Shown piece after piece: positions 45,666 through 60,074 of a DNA stretch of 64,000 nt. Position numbers and translations under genes: made by a program. Numbering within the stretch: position 1 is the first letter of the stretch; every line of letters starts with the position of its first letter. The notes under the pieces are model-generated. The model saw only the letters and a program-made list of their open reading frames with translations. It made no database searches and was not told the DNA's origin. Source of the DNA: the human T2T-CHM13v2.0 reference genome, Homo sapiens; NCBI RefSeq assembly GCF_009914755.1, contig NC_060926.1; one strand, given 5' to 3'.

Positions 45666-48344
45666 TAATTTATCAGGATTAAAAAATATTTTATATCTCT
45701 TCTGTCTCTTTTCTTTAAGGGTACTACTTGATAGGATTGTATCTTTTGTTTTTCACCTTTAAAATGCTTTTTCTATAATATTTTCTTGCATTTTTACCAG
45801 TGACTAACTTTAACTAAAAATAGTATATAAATAAATATATGTGATGTTCTTAATGGTTGGCATATACTAAATAATATATAATGATTATTATTATTCCTGT
45901 AATAATATCATTTTAATTTCTGTATAATCTTTCCTTAGGCTAGGTATCTAGTCTATTAAGATAGTAATAAAGGAATTAGCCTAGATTATTTTTTAAGGTT
46001 GTTTTCTGTTTGTGCTTTGATTTTTTTTTCTGTTATAGGGAGAATGATAATGAATAAAAATTTAAAAATAAGAAAATGTATAAAAAGATCTATGAGCAAA
46101 TTGGGAATCTTTTTAGGTTATCTTTAATGGGGCAGGGAGGAATTTCTCTCTTGCAGAACACAGCTTGAACAATCAATTAATTCCTTTCTCCACAAATATA
46201 CATTGATAAGGGAAGCATCCTGCTTCCACATTATTTGGTCTCTGCTTTAAATTAACTTATAAATTAGATGGAACAGTTAGACATATAGAACATCAGTCTT
46301 ATGTACGTTTGATATTTTATTCAAAGGGGTCTGGTTGGGTCCTGCCTGAGACTGACTAATAATGACTCTATGAACAAAATCCCTTTAAACAGATCAGGGA
46401 CACATGAAGGTTGTGGCATTCAAAGGCCAAACAAACATCAGTGACTACAGAGAGTCTAATTATTAGCTTGAGGAAACACATGATATTAAAATGCAAGGAA
46501 GATGTTTGATAAAGAAAAACTTGGTAGAGTAGATTTCTTTGTATACTTTGGGATAGAGTTCAAGTATTCTACATTATAAAATTCATATTTTCTACTATTT
46601 ATTATTATTATTGCATAACTAATAGCAAACAAGAGCATGGCTATTTTAAACATCTGGTCAAAATCTCCCTTAGCTTTCACAAAATACCCATTTTCATGCA
46701 TCAATAGGCAAGGAGTTAACATGTTTGTACTTCTTAAGAAAAAAAAATTCCAGTAGATAATTATTTCTTGTAAACTTTGTTTAGATTAATATTATGTCTG
46801 TATTTTTCATGCTAAGTGAAGATATTGCACATTTACTCATACTCAGAAAATAAACAGCCTTTTCTTGCATTCTGAAAACTTAAGAATATTATTTTTCTCA
46901 AATTATTATAATTTCTACAACATGTTATCTTTGTTCTAGTAATTTCAAAATAACTTATATGAATGGAGTAATATATAAATAGTGCATTAAACACCCACAC
47001 ACTCACATATCTCATTCAAATTTAGGATTAATAATGAAGTGCGTGGTTTACTTAAGTGAAAAATTCCTGATGTTAACAATATTACTTCCTATAAGAGACA
47101 CCTACCACTAAGGAAATGAGGATAAATAACATATAATAAAATTTATGTAAATTTTAAAAGAATAATGATGTGGATTTAAAAAGAATAAATAGGACTGTTC
47201 TTCAAATGAATGTAATACTTTGGACTAGACCAAATAAACATTTTTAAAGAGAGTGGTTTTGGGAGAAAAACATATTTCTAAAATGAAAACTTCATTACAG
47301 GTCTGATTTTTAGATATTATACATTCATGGAACAGAAGACTAAAGTTTTATATACTTAAAATATAATTGCCTCTTTTTAAAATGGGTCCATGATTTTTAA
47401 AAGAAAGGATGTGAGCAGTGGCCTTATTTTTGTTATGGCACATGAGCTGGACCTCCAGAAATGATCCATAGATCTTGATGCTTTACAACAGAATTTGAGG
47501 CATATAATAAGAAACTGACTAAAAATTATACCCAAAAATGGCCATTATAAAACCATAGTTTCTACATTTTTCTACCTTATACAAGTTTATCCAGTGTTAT
47601 CTATCCTTAGCATGAACATTATTTTTCTGAGTTGGAACGGAAGTGTCTACGTGAGTACAGAGTATGGTAAAGTGCTTTAAATAATTAAGTCTGCATCATG
47701 CATGTAGACATGCCTAAGGCCAGCGATGCCTTACCTCACCCTAGAGTCAGCACTTGGACAACTTTCCTGTCTCCTATTCTTGTAGTTCAATTAATACATA
47801 TTCTCTTTGTACATTTCAATATGGTCTGAGGCCATAAATAGCTCATATGTATCTGACATGAGGGAATGACATTGATTTAATTAATAGTGTAGCAGTAAAA
47901 TTTGCTTGCTGAATAAGCTGTCTCATGGGGTTTCAAGGGTCTCTGGTCACAGACTAAAGATACCACCTGTCCCTAATGGCCAGCTGAGGCTGATATTTCT
48001 CAACCTCATTTTCATTCCAGATTTCTCCTTAGCTGTTAGGTCAAGGAGGGTGAATACACAAGCCATTCTCACTCAGAACAAAATACCTTGATGTTGTATT
48101 CAAAGAGATATGTAGAGTGCATATAAGGGTCTTATTTTCCAGAATAAACAGAATATATTAAAACATAGTGGTTTCCTTCCATTATCCAATGCAAACTGTC
48201 ACTCTCAATGGGTCAGGGGATACAGATCATCACTCTATGACATTCAGTTATTTTATCTTTGATACAATGAAGACATGGACAAGTAAAGATAGTGTCATAG
48301 TATGCATCATAGTTACCAATAATCTAAAATGATGAATAAAATGA

Positions 48345-48806
48345 AAGATCAAGAATGGTTAAGGACTGAGATTTTTATCATACTTTCAAGCTTACAAGTT
48401 TGCCTGTTTTTGTTCCATGAATTCTGGTAGAAGACACAAGACTTGTGGATCAGATATAAAAGATTTTATTACTCATGGCACAACAAGCAGGATGGTCATC
48501 AGCAGATTGGTGTCAGTTCCCTTTACTTCGAAGTCCGCAGGAGCAACTGGGAGGGGTCCATATGGATGCTTTCATATACTGTGGGTGGCATTACAGGAGA
48601 AGAATTCTGAGTTTAGAAAATCCAAGCCTATTATAATGGGCAGTAAGAAGGCCTGCTGTTTTCACTGGCAAGTGACTGTCTCTTTCTCTCAATACTCTTT
48701 GCTATACAAGCATCTTTGAAAAGATACTTCTGAAGAAAAAACAGTAAGTGTCTTACTTTGAGACATGCAGAAATGTGAGAGATCCATGGAGAAATGTCTC
48801 ACAATA
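48345..48806 (-). mobile_element. LTR40-like ERVL solo LTR
   Basis: Reverse complement starts GAGACATTTCTCCATGGATCTCTCACATTTCTGCATGTC; AATAAA-equivalent TTTATT at 48465. Confidence 0.75.
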
Positions 48807-48840
48807 AAAGGTCCTGAAAAGTCATAATCTGGTAGTCACT

Positions 48841-49090
48841 AATATATGCAGATAGATAGAGCAAACAAATTGGTGAGTGTATATGAGCACAAATAATAAT
48901 GTCTGCATTCCAGGCTATTACTCTTATGGGAATTCTGCACTGATTTACACAACCACACCTAAAGCAATAAATGCAGATAGATAGAGCAAACAAATTGATG
49001 AGTGGATATGAACACAAATAATAATTTCTGGATTCCAAGCTATTGTTCTTATGGGAATTCTGCATTGATTTACACAACCATATCTAAAGC
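48841..49090. repeat. Two-copy 125-bp tandem duplication
   Basis: 48841-48965 and 48966-49090 align without gaps, about 12 mismatches by eye. Confidence 0.95.
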
Positions 49091-49110
49091 ATATTGTGTA
49101 GCTAACTATG

Positions 49111-49524
49111 TGTGATGGTTAATTGTATGAGTCAATTTGGCTAGCCCATGGTACACAAATAATTGGTCATCAGTCTGGATGTTGCTGTAAAGGTATGTTT
49201 TAGATTATATGAACATCAGTAGAATTTGAGTAATAAGCAGGTTACTCTCTATAATGTGGGTTCGCCTCATCCAATCAGTTGAAGGCCTTAAGAATAGATT
49301 GGGATCCCCTGAGAAGGATGAAATTCTTCCTCCAGACTGTCTTTGAACTCAAGCAGCAACATCAGCTCTTTTTGGGTCTCCAGCCTGCTGATGTACTCTG
49401 CAAATTTTGGACTTTCCAGTTCCCATAATTGTGTGACCTAATTCCTTAATAAATCTCTTTTTCTCTATCTCTCTATATATACATTCTGTTTGTTCTGTTT
49501 CTCTAGAGAATCCTAACTAGTACA
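49111..49524 (+). mobile_element. MLT2 solo LTR (MLT2D-like)
   Basis: TGTGATGGTTAATTGTATGAGTCAA...CCTAACTAGTACA; near-TSD CTATG/CAATG. Confidence 0.9.
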
Positions 49525-51423
49525 CAATGACCATGACTGTGATCTGAAAATGATTTTGCTGAATGGGCTGGGAAGAAGAAGGTCATTCTTCACATTCATC
49601 CTTTTCCGATAAAACACTGAAAAGTATATATTTCAGAGGACAAAATAGCTTTCAATTAAAGAAGCCCTAGAGATACGCAAGGGGCATATAGATCATTGTA
49701 CAATATTCCACTAAAATTCTTTGGATAATATTAGAGTCTTCATTGTGAATGGGGAGAAAGTCATTTCCATTAACACCATTTTACTACCTAACTCTGCCTA
49801 TCAAGAGAAAACAAAGCTAAAACTGCTTCCATTTTTGGAACACAATATATCACACCTATTCTCGAATATTCATTTTAGAACTGTGAAGTTTATAATTTAT
49901 AAAAGTAAAACACTTTTGGTACCGATTTCATCAATAGTAAATTATTCAATCTCTTTCATATTATATGAAAAGTCTACCCTATTAGTAGTCACTTGGACAA
50001 TTTAATTTCACAGAAGTTGACTTTTTATTAGCTATATTTTCTAATAGGTTTCATGTTTTTGCACTTGGTCCCTTAAACATTCAAAAAGTTGCATCAACTG
50101 ATAATGTTTACTGAACTTTAAAAAAGACAAGGTATCATATACATGCTTAGAAATCATGTTTAGTGAAAAATACTGATCACTAAATTCCAAGTTGAGCTTA
50201 AAAGTTAGAGAATGTAAATCTTTATTATATTTACAATTACCATGGCATAGAACAAATGTGTTATCTCATGTGACCATACTCCTGGAGATAACCAGGCTAA
50301 ATCAACCAAAACTATACTTGTTTCAGATCCACATAAATACGCAGAGAAAAAGGCTAGACAAATGCCTGTGTGGACTCTAGGTAAATGTGGTAAAGGAGGC
50401 CAAGTTCTTAATAATAATTTATCTAATAACATCTTTCCATAAATATCTAAGAAAACACACACAGTCATAACCCTCCTGGGTACATAGGTACTCTTACAAA
50501 ACTGAAACAGTACATTGGGGCAAAGTCATAATAAAATTAGGCAGCAGCCTTGTTGTGAATTCAGTATGCTAGGAATAAAAGAAGCTACAAAACCATGAAG
50601 TTTAACTTGTACATCTACAAATAATGAAACAAAGACCCAGAAAAGTAAGTTGACTCACAAGGACCTATGATTAGTTAGTAGTCACTATAGCAAGTCTTGA
50701 AATTTAACTCATGTTCTAATGTGCCTACTCTGCTTTGTATTCAAATTTGACCTCTAGAATTGTAAAGAAAAAAAATGATAAATAGAGGAAGGAGTTGAAG
50801 AAAGTTTAACCTAGGCAAAGTTTCCTTGGAAGAAGGAAAAGTGGGGCATGGAAGAAGGGAGGGGAATAAAGCTAGAATAAGGTTACTACAGTAGAGGATG
50901 CTTTTGGTACAAACTTTCCAATCACAAAGACCGTATATAGTGAAAGTCTGCAAATTTTTTCAGATTTCTCCACTTTGATAACCTTTGGCAAATTGCCTAC
51001 CCTTTGATACATGGCTTAAACTGGAACTTCAGCTTTTGCAAATGAAAATATGAATAATAATCAGTTCTCTCCATATTAGGATTAAAGGAGAGAATAATAA
51101 GCAGAACAATGCCTGGCACATAATCAAATTCTCAATAAATGATACCTCTCATTTCTTACTAAAATACATCTGATGACTAACAATGTAGAGATTTAACAAA
51201 TGTCCATATGAAGGGAAGTGAAATATTAAAAGAAAACATGAGGAAAACCTGGGGCACTGTTATAAGCTACATGAGAAGGACAAGACATAACTAAACTCAT
51301 TATGAAAAAACGGTTGATATTTCAATAAAGTCTTTGATTAACAATATTGCATCAACATTAATTTTTCTAGTTTTGATAACTGCAGTGCAGTTTTGCAAGA
51401 TGTTAGAAAAAGCTGTGTGAGGG

Positions 51424-51773
51424 CGCAATGGACTAAATGTTTGTGTCCTCCTAATTCACATGGTGAAATCCTCATTCTAATGTGAAAATATTTGGGGGTA
51501 ATTAGTTAATGAGGGTGGTGCCCTCGTAAATGAAGTTAGTGCCCTTATAAGAAGAGACCAGAGAGCTCTCTAATCCTTTTTCCTTCATGTGAGGATACAG
51601 TGAGAAGTCATCATCAGTCTGCAACCTGGAAGAGGTCCCTCACCAGAACCTGACCATGCTCGCACCCTGATCTCAGACTTCTATGCTCCAGAATTGAGAG
51701 AAACAAATTTCTGTTGTGTATAAGTCACCCAGTCTATGGTACTTTTTTATGGAAGCCTGAATCAATTAAGACA
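51424..51773 (+). mobile_element. MLT1A-like solo LTR inserted in an old L1M 3' end (about 51270-51850)
   Basis: ATGGACTAAATGTTTGTGTCC...CCAGTCTATGGTAC...TAAGACA; L1M text resumes as ATATACAGAAATTCTCTGTACTATTTTGCA. Confidence 0.85.
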
Positions 51774-52482
51774 GAGAAATATACAGAAATTCTCTGTACT
51801 ATTTTGCAAATTCTTGACTAAAGTTACTTCAAAATTTATTTTTAAAAATATAATAAATTGCTTTGTAAATGCATTGTTTTTATATAATAGAAGATATCAA
51901 GGCTAGATGTAGCATTACCTGTAAAAATTAGTTTAAATGATATTAATAATATATTTTATAACAATTGTGGTATAATAAGATAAATAAATACTTATGATTC
52001 CACAGTAAAAGTATAAGAGGTATTAGTGAATAATAACTTATTCATATAAGTATATAGTATAAAATTATTCAAGGTAGATATGTATCTCTTAAAGAAAAAG
52101 AATCTAAAGCTGTGCAAAAATAAATGAGATGTTGATTCAGAAAGACTAGGAAAGTGTGTTAAGACGGGTGTATTATGTGTAATCTAAAAATTGTAATCTA
52201 AAATTTTTTATTAAAACGTTACAGAAGTTTAAATAAATCAATAAAAATATGTAAGGTTTTACAAGATTCAACTGAAAATTCCTGAAAAATCATCCAAGGA
52301 TGATTATTATAAGAGGAATTTCAGTAAAAACCAAAATGACTTTTCGAATGATCAAAAAATGATAAATTGATCTTAATTGTTTCTTATATTAGAACAAAAA
52401 TCATCATTCTTTAATGATTCTTAGATCTTTTTAATCAGTTTAATTACTGTTTTTAAAGTAATGACAACTAAATTAAAGTACC

Positions 52483-52870
52483 CATTCATCCATCTAATGA
52501 ATGTTTGCTCTATAGTTAATATGAGCCATGAACTGTTCTAGGCCCTAAGGATCTACCACTGAGCAAAACAAAGAAAATCTCTTACCTATTGAAGCTTACA
52601 TTCTTGCAGCAAGGCAACAACCAAGTGAAACATACGCAGAATAATCACAAAAGAGAAAAAGGCAGGAAAGGGAAGAGAGCTGGGTTGGGTGTGGTGGCTG
52701 TAAGTAATTTTATTGGGCTGGCCAGAAGGGCTGACTGAGGAGGTGGTCTGCAGGCAAAGACGTCTAGGACTTACAGAAGAGAGGCATGGGGGCATCTGAT
52801 GGAAGAACGTTCCAGACACAGAAACATGTGCAAAAGCCCTGAGTTGGGACCATGTCTAGGGTGTTCAGGG
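52483..52870 (-). mobile_element. L2a fragment
   Basis: CATTCATCCATC 3' end, GAAGCTTACATTCT, TGCAAAAGCCCTGAG motifs. Confidence 0.8.
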
Positions 52871-53078
52871 GATGAAAAGAGGATATTGGAGAAGAGTTAC
52901 AGGGCTATTATAGGTTAAATAGCAGAAAAACAACTTAAATAGCCTTTTCCCCCTGTGAACTTAAAAGTCATTGCGTGGAACCCTTATGAGGTGATCATAC
53001 CTAAAATTTTCATGAACAGCAGTGATAAGGTGGTCCCTTACTGTGACTTGTACTTATTTTCAAGGGTTTATTTATGGG

Positions 53079-53540
53079 TATTGGGAGAGGCAGTCCCCTG
53101 TGGGCCTTGAGTGTCCCTGTACATTCTTGCTGAGTTTGCCAGATTGTAAGGCTTATTTCTCTTTTGATACTGAACAATTTATCTTGCTACTCACATAGGC
53201 AGCTAAGTAAGTCAAGGGGACCACAGGGTGACTGCTGTGTAACTGCTAGCTCCACAGGGGAGGCAAACTACAGATCTTGCTGTTTGCATAATGCCGGCTG
53301 CTTTCTCAGAAAGTGCTGATCTCTAGGCCCTGGGATCCGCAGCTGTGGCACAACTCCCTGCTTGCTCAGCATTCATCCAGGCCTATCATGTCGCTCCCTG
53401 AGACTCCCGGGCAGGGTAACCAGTGCAACCATGCTGATACTCATGTGGTGAGCAATAAACTTCCTAAGTCTCAATGTCTCATTTTCTACTTTTGGCACCA
53501 ATGCAGTGGCGGCAGGTTTATTCCCCACCATCCTTTATGA
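53079..53540 (+). mobile_element. ERVL solo LTR (LTR41-like)
   Basis: GGCAGTCCCCTGTGGGCCTTGAGTGTCCCTG start, GCAATAAAC near the end. Confidence 0.6.
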
Positions 53541-53740
53541 TAGGGTTTCTCAGCTGTGGCATTACTGACATTTGGGAACTGAAGATCCTTTGTTGTGGAG
53601 AACTGTCCTGTGTATTGCACAATGTTTAGCAGCACATACCTCTATCTACTAGATTCCAGTAGCAACACCCTCTCCAGTTGAACCCAAAATAATTCTAGAT
53701 AATATCAAATGTCCCATGGAAGACAAAATTATCCGTGTTC
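53541..53740 (-). mobile_element. MER20 (hAT-Charlie)
   Basis: AGGGTTTCTCAGCTGTGGCATTACTGACATTTGG...CTGTCCTGTGTATTG...CAAATGTCCC. Confidence 0.85.
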
Positions 53741-54969
53741 TATGAGGTTGGGGTTCTACCTTAAAAGTGAATGATATTTCTCAGACTCTTTGGTTCATTT
53801 TGATTCCTCTAAATGAGTTTTCTTATCTTGAAATGAAAAGTTACTTGCCATATATTTTTGGCAAAACTGCATAAGAATATTCAGTTATGTTTCTGTGGCT
53901 AGTACAGTAGTAAATACAAATTACTTTTTTCAAATATGCAGTCTCAGAATGGGTTCAGTTTCATTGAAATTCCACATATATAAAATACTTTGAAAAGAAA
54001 AATGTTAAACATGGCATGAATAGTTACACTGACAAACATTTTGAAAATGTTTGTCTCAGAATGATATTTTATGTATATCTCTATATCTTTTTTATCTTGA
54101 AAAAGGGTACTTTTTGTTTTTTACCTGAAATAATAGCGAGTTAAACCTTGCAATCTGAAATTCCTCTATTTAAGACAAATTACAAATAACTTAATAGCTA
54201 AAATATCAAGGTAATTTGTTTTGACAGAAAATATGCACATTCTTCTATGATTAACAATAAAGATTTATGAAAGCTCATTTTTATAACAAAGATAAAAGTG
54301 TCAATGCTGGGGATAGGAGTGCATTGCTATCCAGTGCAGGCAGATTTGTATTAACCAAAGAAAGGAACAGATGTGTATCAAAATATTTTATATGGTTATC
54401 AGACCATCACCACACATTAAATGTCCTAATATCATTACAATATATTTCTTCAAGTTATCTAAATATAGCATACTATACTACAGTAGATGCATATTTTGAT
54501 GAGAACTCTGATTCTTTCCAATTGCATAGGAATAATAAAGAAAAAATAAAAGTTAATGAATAAAGAGAAAAGAGAATTGATAGGTGTTTAAGGAAGATCT
54601 GAGGTAGTCATCACTCATTTTTTTGAGGGAGGCAAAAAGTATGAGGATACACAATATTGTTTTTCTTAGTCTATGACCGAGTCTAAAATAAACCTGGTCT
54701 GAGTTATAAGAGAACATTTCTTAATTCCTATAAGCTCTAGGTCCCTAACATGAGCAAAAACCACAAACCTCCTACATATTCAGAATAATTGATATGAAAT
54801 GTCTGGTAAATACTAGGAACTTCACAAATGCTACTGTTATACAGCAACAGATATTATGTCAATAAAATATGATTTACATTAGCTTAAAATACAATTTTAA
54901 GTGCTGAGACCATCAGACCATGGAGTGTGTAAAAATCATGATTTTTCTGGAGGAGCTATATATAATGGC

Positions 54970-54980
54970 ATATATACATA

Positions 54981-55021
<41 letters not shown>

Positions 55022-55046
55022 TATATATATAAAGAGAGAGAGAGAG
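54970..55046. repeat. Compound (CA)18 / (TA)n / (GA)n microsatellite
   Basis: Read directly. Confidence 0.95.
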
Positions 55047-55719
55047 GAAATAAAAATGCACTAAAACTTATATCAGAATTGAAGAGTATTACTTAGTTAC
55101 CTCAGATGGATATTCTATTATATTAATGATCTACCTAATCTTTAAACTTTTTAAGTCAATATTTTACCTTTAAAATGAAACAAGAAGGCCAATGATTAGA
55201 TAAAATTTGATATTTCTCTTTTGCTTCATCTGAATTTTATAATCTTCTGGGTAGTTTCAAATCAAAATGCTATATAGGCGACTTGCCAAAATAATTAAAT
55301 ATGTATAGATTACAAAAAATAGTTCTGAAGCTATTTTTTAATAGCTGGTTAAGTAATGACTGTTAGTAGATAGATGTTTATGGATCCAGAAGAGACAACT
55401 TGTAGCACACTAGCCCCAAATAAGACACCATTTTATTCACGAAGAAAACAACAACACTTGATGTAAGTATAAAAGGAAGAGATTCAAGTGTATAAAGATT
55501 TTGAGGAAAGGGCTTAGCAGACAAAAGACAAACTAAAATAAAACAACACCCATTTAGAACATAAGATGAAAATGTAGATTTTTTTTAAGCAATCATCCAT
55601 GTTTGAAGTAACCAACTTACAACTTATATTAATGTGACTAAAAACTAGATGCACCAAAAAAAAAACTTGTATTTACACGGTTACCTATAATCACATTTCT
55701 TTGTTATTTTCTTTGTAAT

Positions 55720-56520
55720 TCTTACTCAAGCTAAGAATGTATATCATGTTGTACAAATTTTAAAAGACAGTCAGATGCAGGTGCAAAAATTCATATGGCC
55801 CTCCAGAGAAGTAATCACTATAAACAGTTTATTGATCCTTCCAAAAACTTTTGGATATACTTGCAAAAATAGGATCATTCTGCAAAAATATCTTTTAACT
55901 CACTTTGTCTATTTATGGGTTTTGTTGATTTAAGTATATATAGCTCTACCTCATTCATTTTAACGGCTACTTAATATTATTGCTAACATAAATGCATCAT
56001 GCCTCATCTGATGGACTTTATATTGTTTCCAATTTATGATTACAAATAATGTGTCTTTTTGAACATGTGTATACGTCTATAGAATAGGTAACTAATTGTG
56101 GAATTGGTTTGAATCTTATGTACCATTTAAATTGATAGCTATTACTAAATAATTCTTCAATACCAATATAACAACTTACATTCTCCCCAGTAGTGTGGGA
56201 AATATTTTCTTATGTTCTAATATTACATATTATCAATCTTTCATTCTTTAATCTGATGAATTTGGTGAAAACTATTCTGTTGATTTACATTTTTGTGATT
56301 AGTATGATGTTGAGTTCCTTTCCATATTCCTATTCAGAAAATTTGTATTTCTTCTTCTGTGAACTGCCTCAATAAGTCCTTTTTAATTTTTCTGATATTG
56401 TCTTTATTTCATAATCATTGTTTTCTGTTATATGAATTGTGAACATTTTTGCTTAGATTAACTTTCATGTTTTCACTTGCTCATAATGCCTTTTTCATAG
56501 AAATGTGTTTTCTAAAATTT
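55720..56520 (-). mobile_element. Old L1 (L1ME-like) fragment
   Basis: GATGGACTTTATATTGTTTCCAATTT and TTTCTTCTTCTGTGAACTGCCT antisense L1M motifs. Confidence 0.7.
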
Positions 56521-56524
56521 TAAC

Positions 56525-56550
56525 GCAGGTATATGTGTGTGTGTATATAT

Positions 56551-56607
<57 letters not shown>

Positions 56608-56626
56608 GGCATATGTGTGTGTGTGT
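56525..56626. repeat. (AT)21 tract with TACA/GT flanks
   Basis: Pure AT at 56563-56604. Confidence 0.96.
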
Positions 56627-56789
56627 TTTGCGTTGCATTGCTTAGAAAATGTTTGCATCCCAGAACCATTAAAAAATACATATTTCCCCATACGCACACA
56701 GGCATGCACATCCCCTACATGGGTGCCCCAACAAAAGATGCATCACAGCAAGGGGCCAGGCAGCAACAGGGGATGGGGCTGCTGGAGAG

Positions 56790-57207
56790 ACAGTACTGAG
56801 GAAAACTTCCCAGGGAGGTAACATTTGGAGTGAGCCTTGAAGGGAATGATTGAGTCCAGGGGTAGGCATGTACAGGACAGAAAACAGCGCGTGGTAAAGG
56901 CCCTGAGGTGGCAAGAGGGTTGGTGTGCTGGGGTAACTGTGAGAAAAGAGTGTGCACGAACAGTGGTGGAAGGGAGGGAGGGAAGGTGGCTAGGCAGAGA
57001 GAGCAAGGGAGGGGAGGAACAGTGGAAAATGAGAACAGAGAAGCAGTCAGATGCCAGATCATTCTCAGCCTTCCAGGACGTGGTGAGCGCTAAGAACTTA
57101 TTTTGAGTGACAGGAAGTCATTGGAAAGTTGTAAGTAGATTAACCAGACTAGATTTAAAATTTAAAAAACCACTCAGGCTGTTGTGCTGAGAATAAGCTA
57201 TAGGGGA
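56790..57207 (-). mobile_element. L2 fragment
   Basis: GGAGGTAACATTTGGAGTGAGCCTTGAAGG, GCCAGATCATT, CACTCAGGCTGTTGTG motifs. Confidence 0.75.
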
Positions 57208-57277
57208 GTATATTAGTTGTCCATTGATGTGTAACAATTGCCCCCAAATTTATTGCTTAAAGTGACAGTAAACATCT

Positions 57278-57606
57278 GCTATGGACTGAATGTTCCTGTC
57301 CCTCAAAAAAAAAAAATCATATGTTGAAGCCCTAATTAGCTCCCAATGGTCTGGTACTAGAAGGTGAGGCCTTTGGGAGGTAATTAGGCTTAGATGAGGT
57401 CATGAGAGTAACTGCCATGATGGAATTAGTGTCCTTCTAAGAGGAAGAGGCCAGAGCTCTTTCTTTCCACCCCATGGGAACACTGTGAGAAGGAGGCTGT
57501 CTGCAAACCTGAAAGAGAGCCCTCACCAGACACTGAATCTGCTGGCACCTTGTTGAAGTACCTCCTACCTCTAGAACTGTGAACAATAAATGTTTTCATT
57601 TAACCC
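57278..57606 (+). mobile_element. MLT1A-like LTR, 3'-truncated, next to an older antisense MLT1 end (57208-57277)
   Basis: TGCTATGGACTGAATGTT...GAGCCCTCACCAGACACTGAATCTGCTGGCACCTTG...AATAAATG. Confidence 0.85.
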
Positions 57607-57931
57607 AAACAAAATCCCCATATTTCTAAATTTTATATTTTTTGTGTTCTTGAAGCTTTATTTTTGTATGATTTTTGAGACAAAACTTTAACTTCCTCCC
57701 AAGTGAATAGACAGTTATTTCAATTCCATTCTTTGAGTATGCTTCTAGGGGTATACTTAAAGTAGCTGGGATGGATTGAACTGGACTCATTATTTTAAGT
57801 GCAGTTAATTATTAACTTTCTTTAAAGAGTGCCTTAAGGCCTTTAAAAAAATCTCTTTTAGTTTTTATTAGGATCATGGTGTTCCTCTTTCTCAACTCTT
57901 ATATTTCAAGTTTACACCTATGGTATCTTAA

Positions 57932-59140
<1,209 letters not shown>

Positions 59141-60074
59141 TCTTTTCAGTATTGTTATAGAGTGCAAAGTAAAGTTGAATTATTTGCTTAGCCTTATATT
59201 TAGTCCCTCGTTTCATTTATTATTTGGCAGATGCATCCAATAAGAATATAAACTCTTTGAGAACAACCACTTGATATTTTCAGATAAACACTTTGCCTTC
59301 TATCTGACAGATATTTGGCAATTATATGATATTTTTGTAGATAAATAGAAATCTTTATAAAAAAATAAGGATCAGATTTATAGATTACCTTTAATCATAT
59401 CATCCTGTACCATCTCTTTAAATAAAAGATTTTTTCTGATAATATAACACATAAACCAATTTTTCTTTTTATACAGTGAAAACTCCCACTGCTACGTTTA
59501 TTTTTTTGTTAAAAAAATACAAAATGAGCTTATTGAAAGTAGAAAACACTTAAATCTTTTTGCATCAAGTAAAATGCCTTTATGTGTAAACTGTGGATAT
59601 TTAAAGCATCACAAGGGATTCACATATATTCACGGAAGTGCTCAACTATGTTTTAATTGATTCTAACTCTAAGGAAAAGGGAAAGAAAACAGTTTTAAAA
59701 ACTATTTCCATCTTGTTCCTCAAATTCCTATTTGCACTCATGAACTATAAACATTCAGAGCTCGGCTTTGCTTAAGATGCAATGCAGAAAGCCACAAAAG
59801 AATAACAATAAGCGTAAACCCAATAATCTACAAGATCACAAATTTACTTGAATCCAAACAAAAGCTTAGGTCTCAAGACAGCAAAATACATTGAAATGCA
59901 AAGGGTGACAGACCTTTTCCAGGAGAAACAGAACACATAAAGTATTACTCTTTGTCAGAGCATGGGAAGAAGAGGCGACTACCATAATAGCAGATTAAAA
60001 AAAAAGCTATAATAATAAAATATTCTTAAAACTGAGTGTGGTTTAATGTGATAATTTAGAATCCCTGGGAATAC

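Noticed and set aside
56512-57106. Cluster of overlapping ORFs
   Set aside because: Produced by stop-free microsatellite and L2 sequence.
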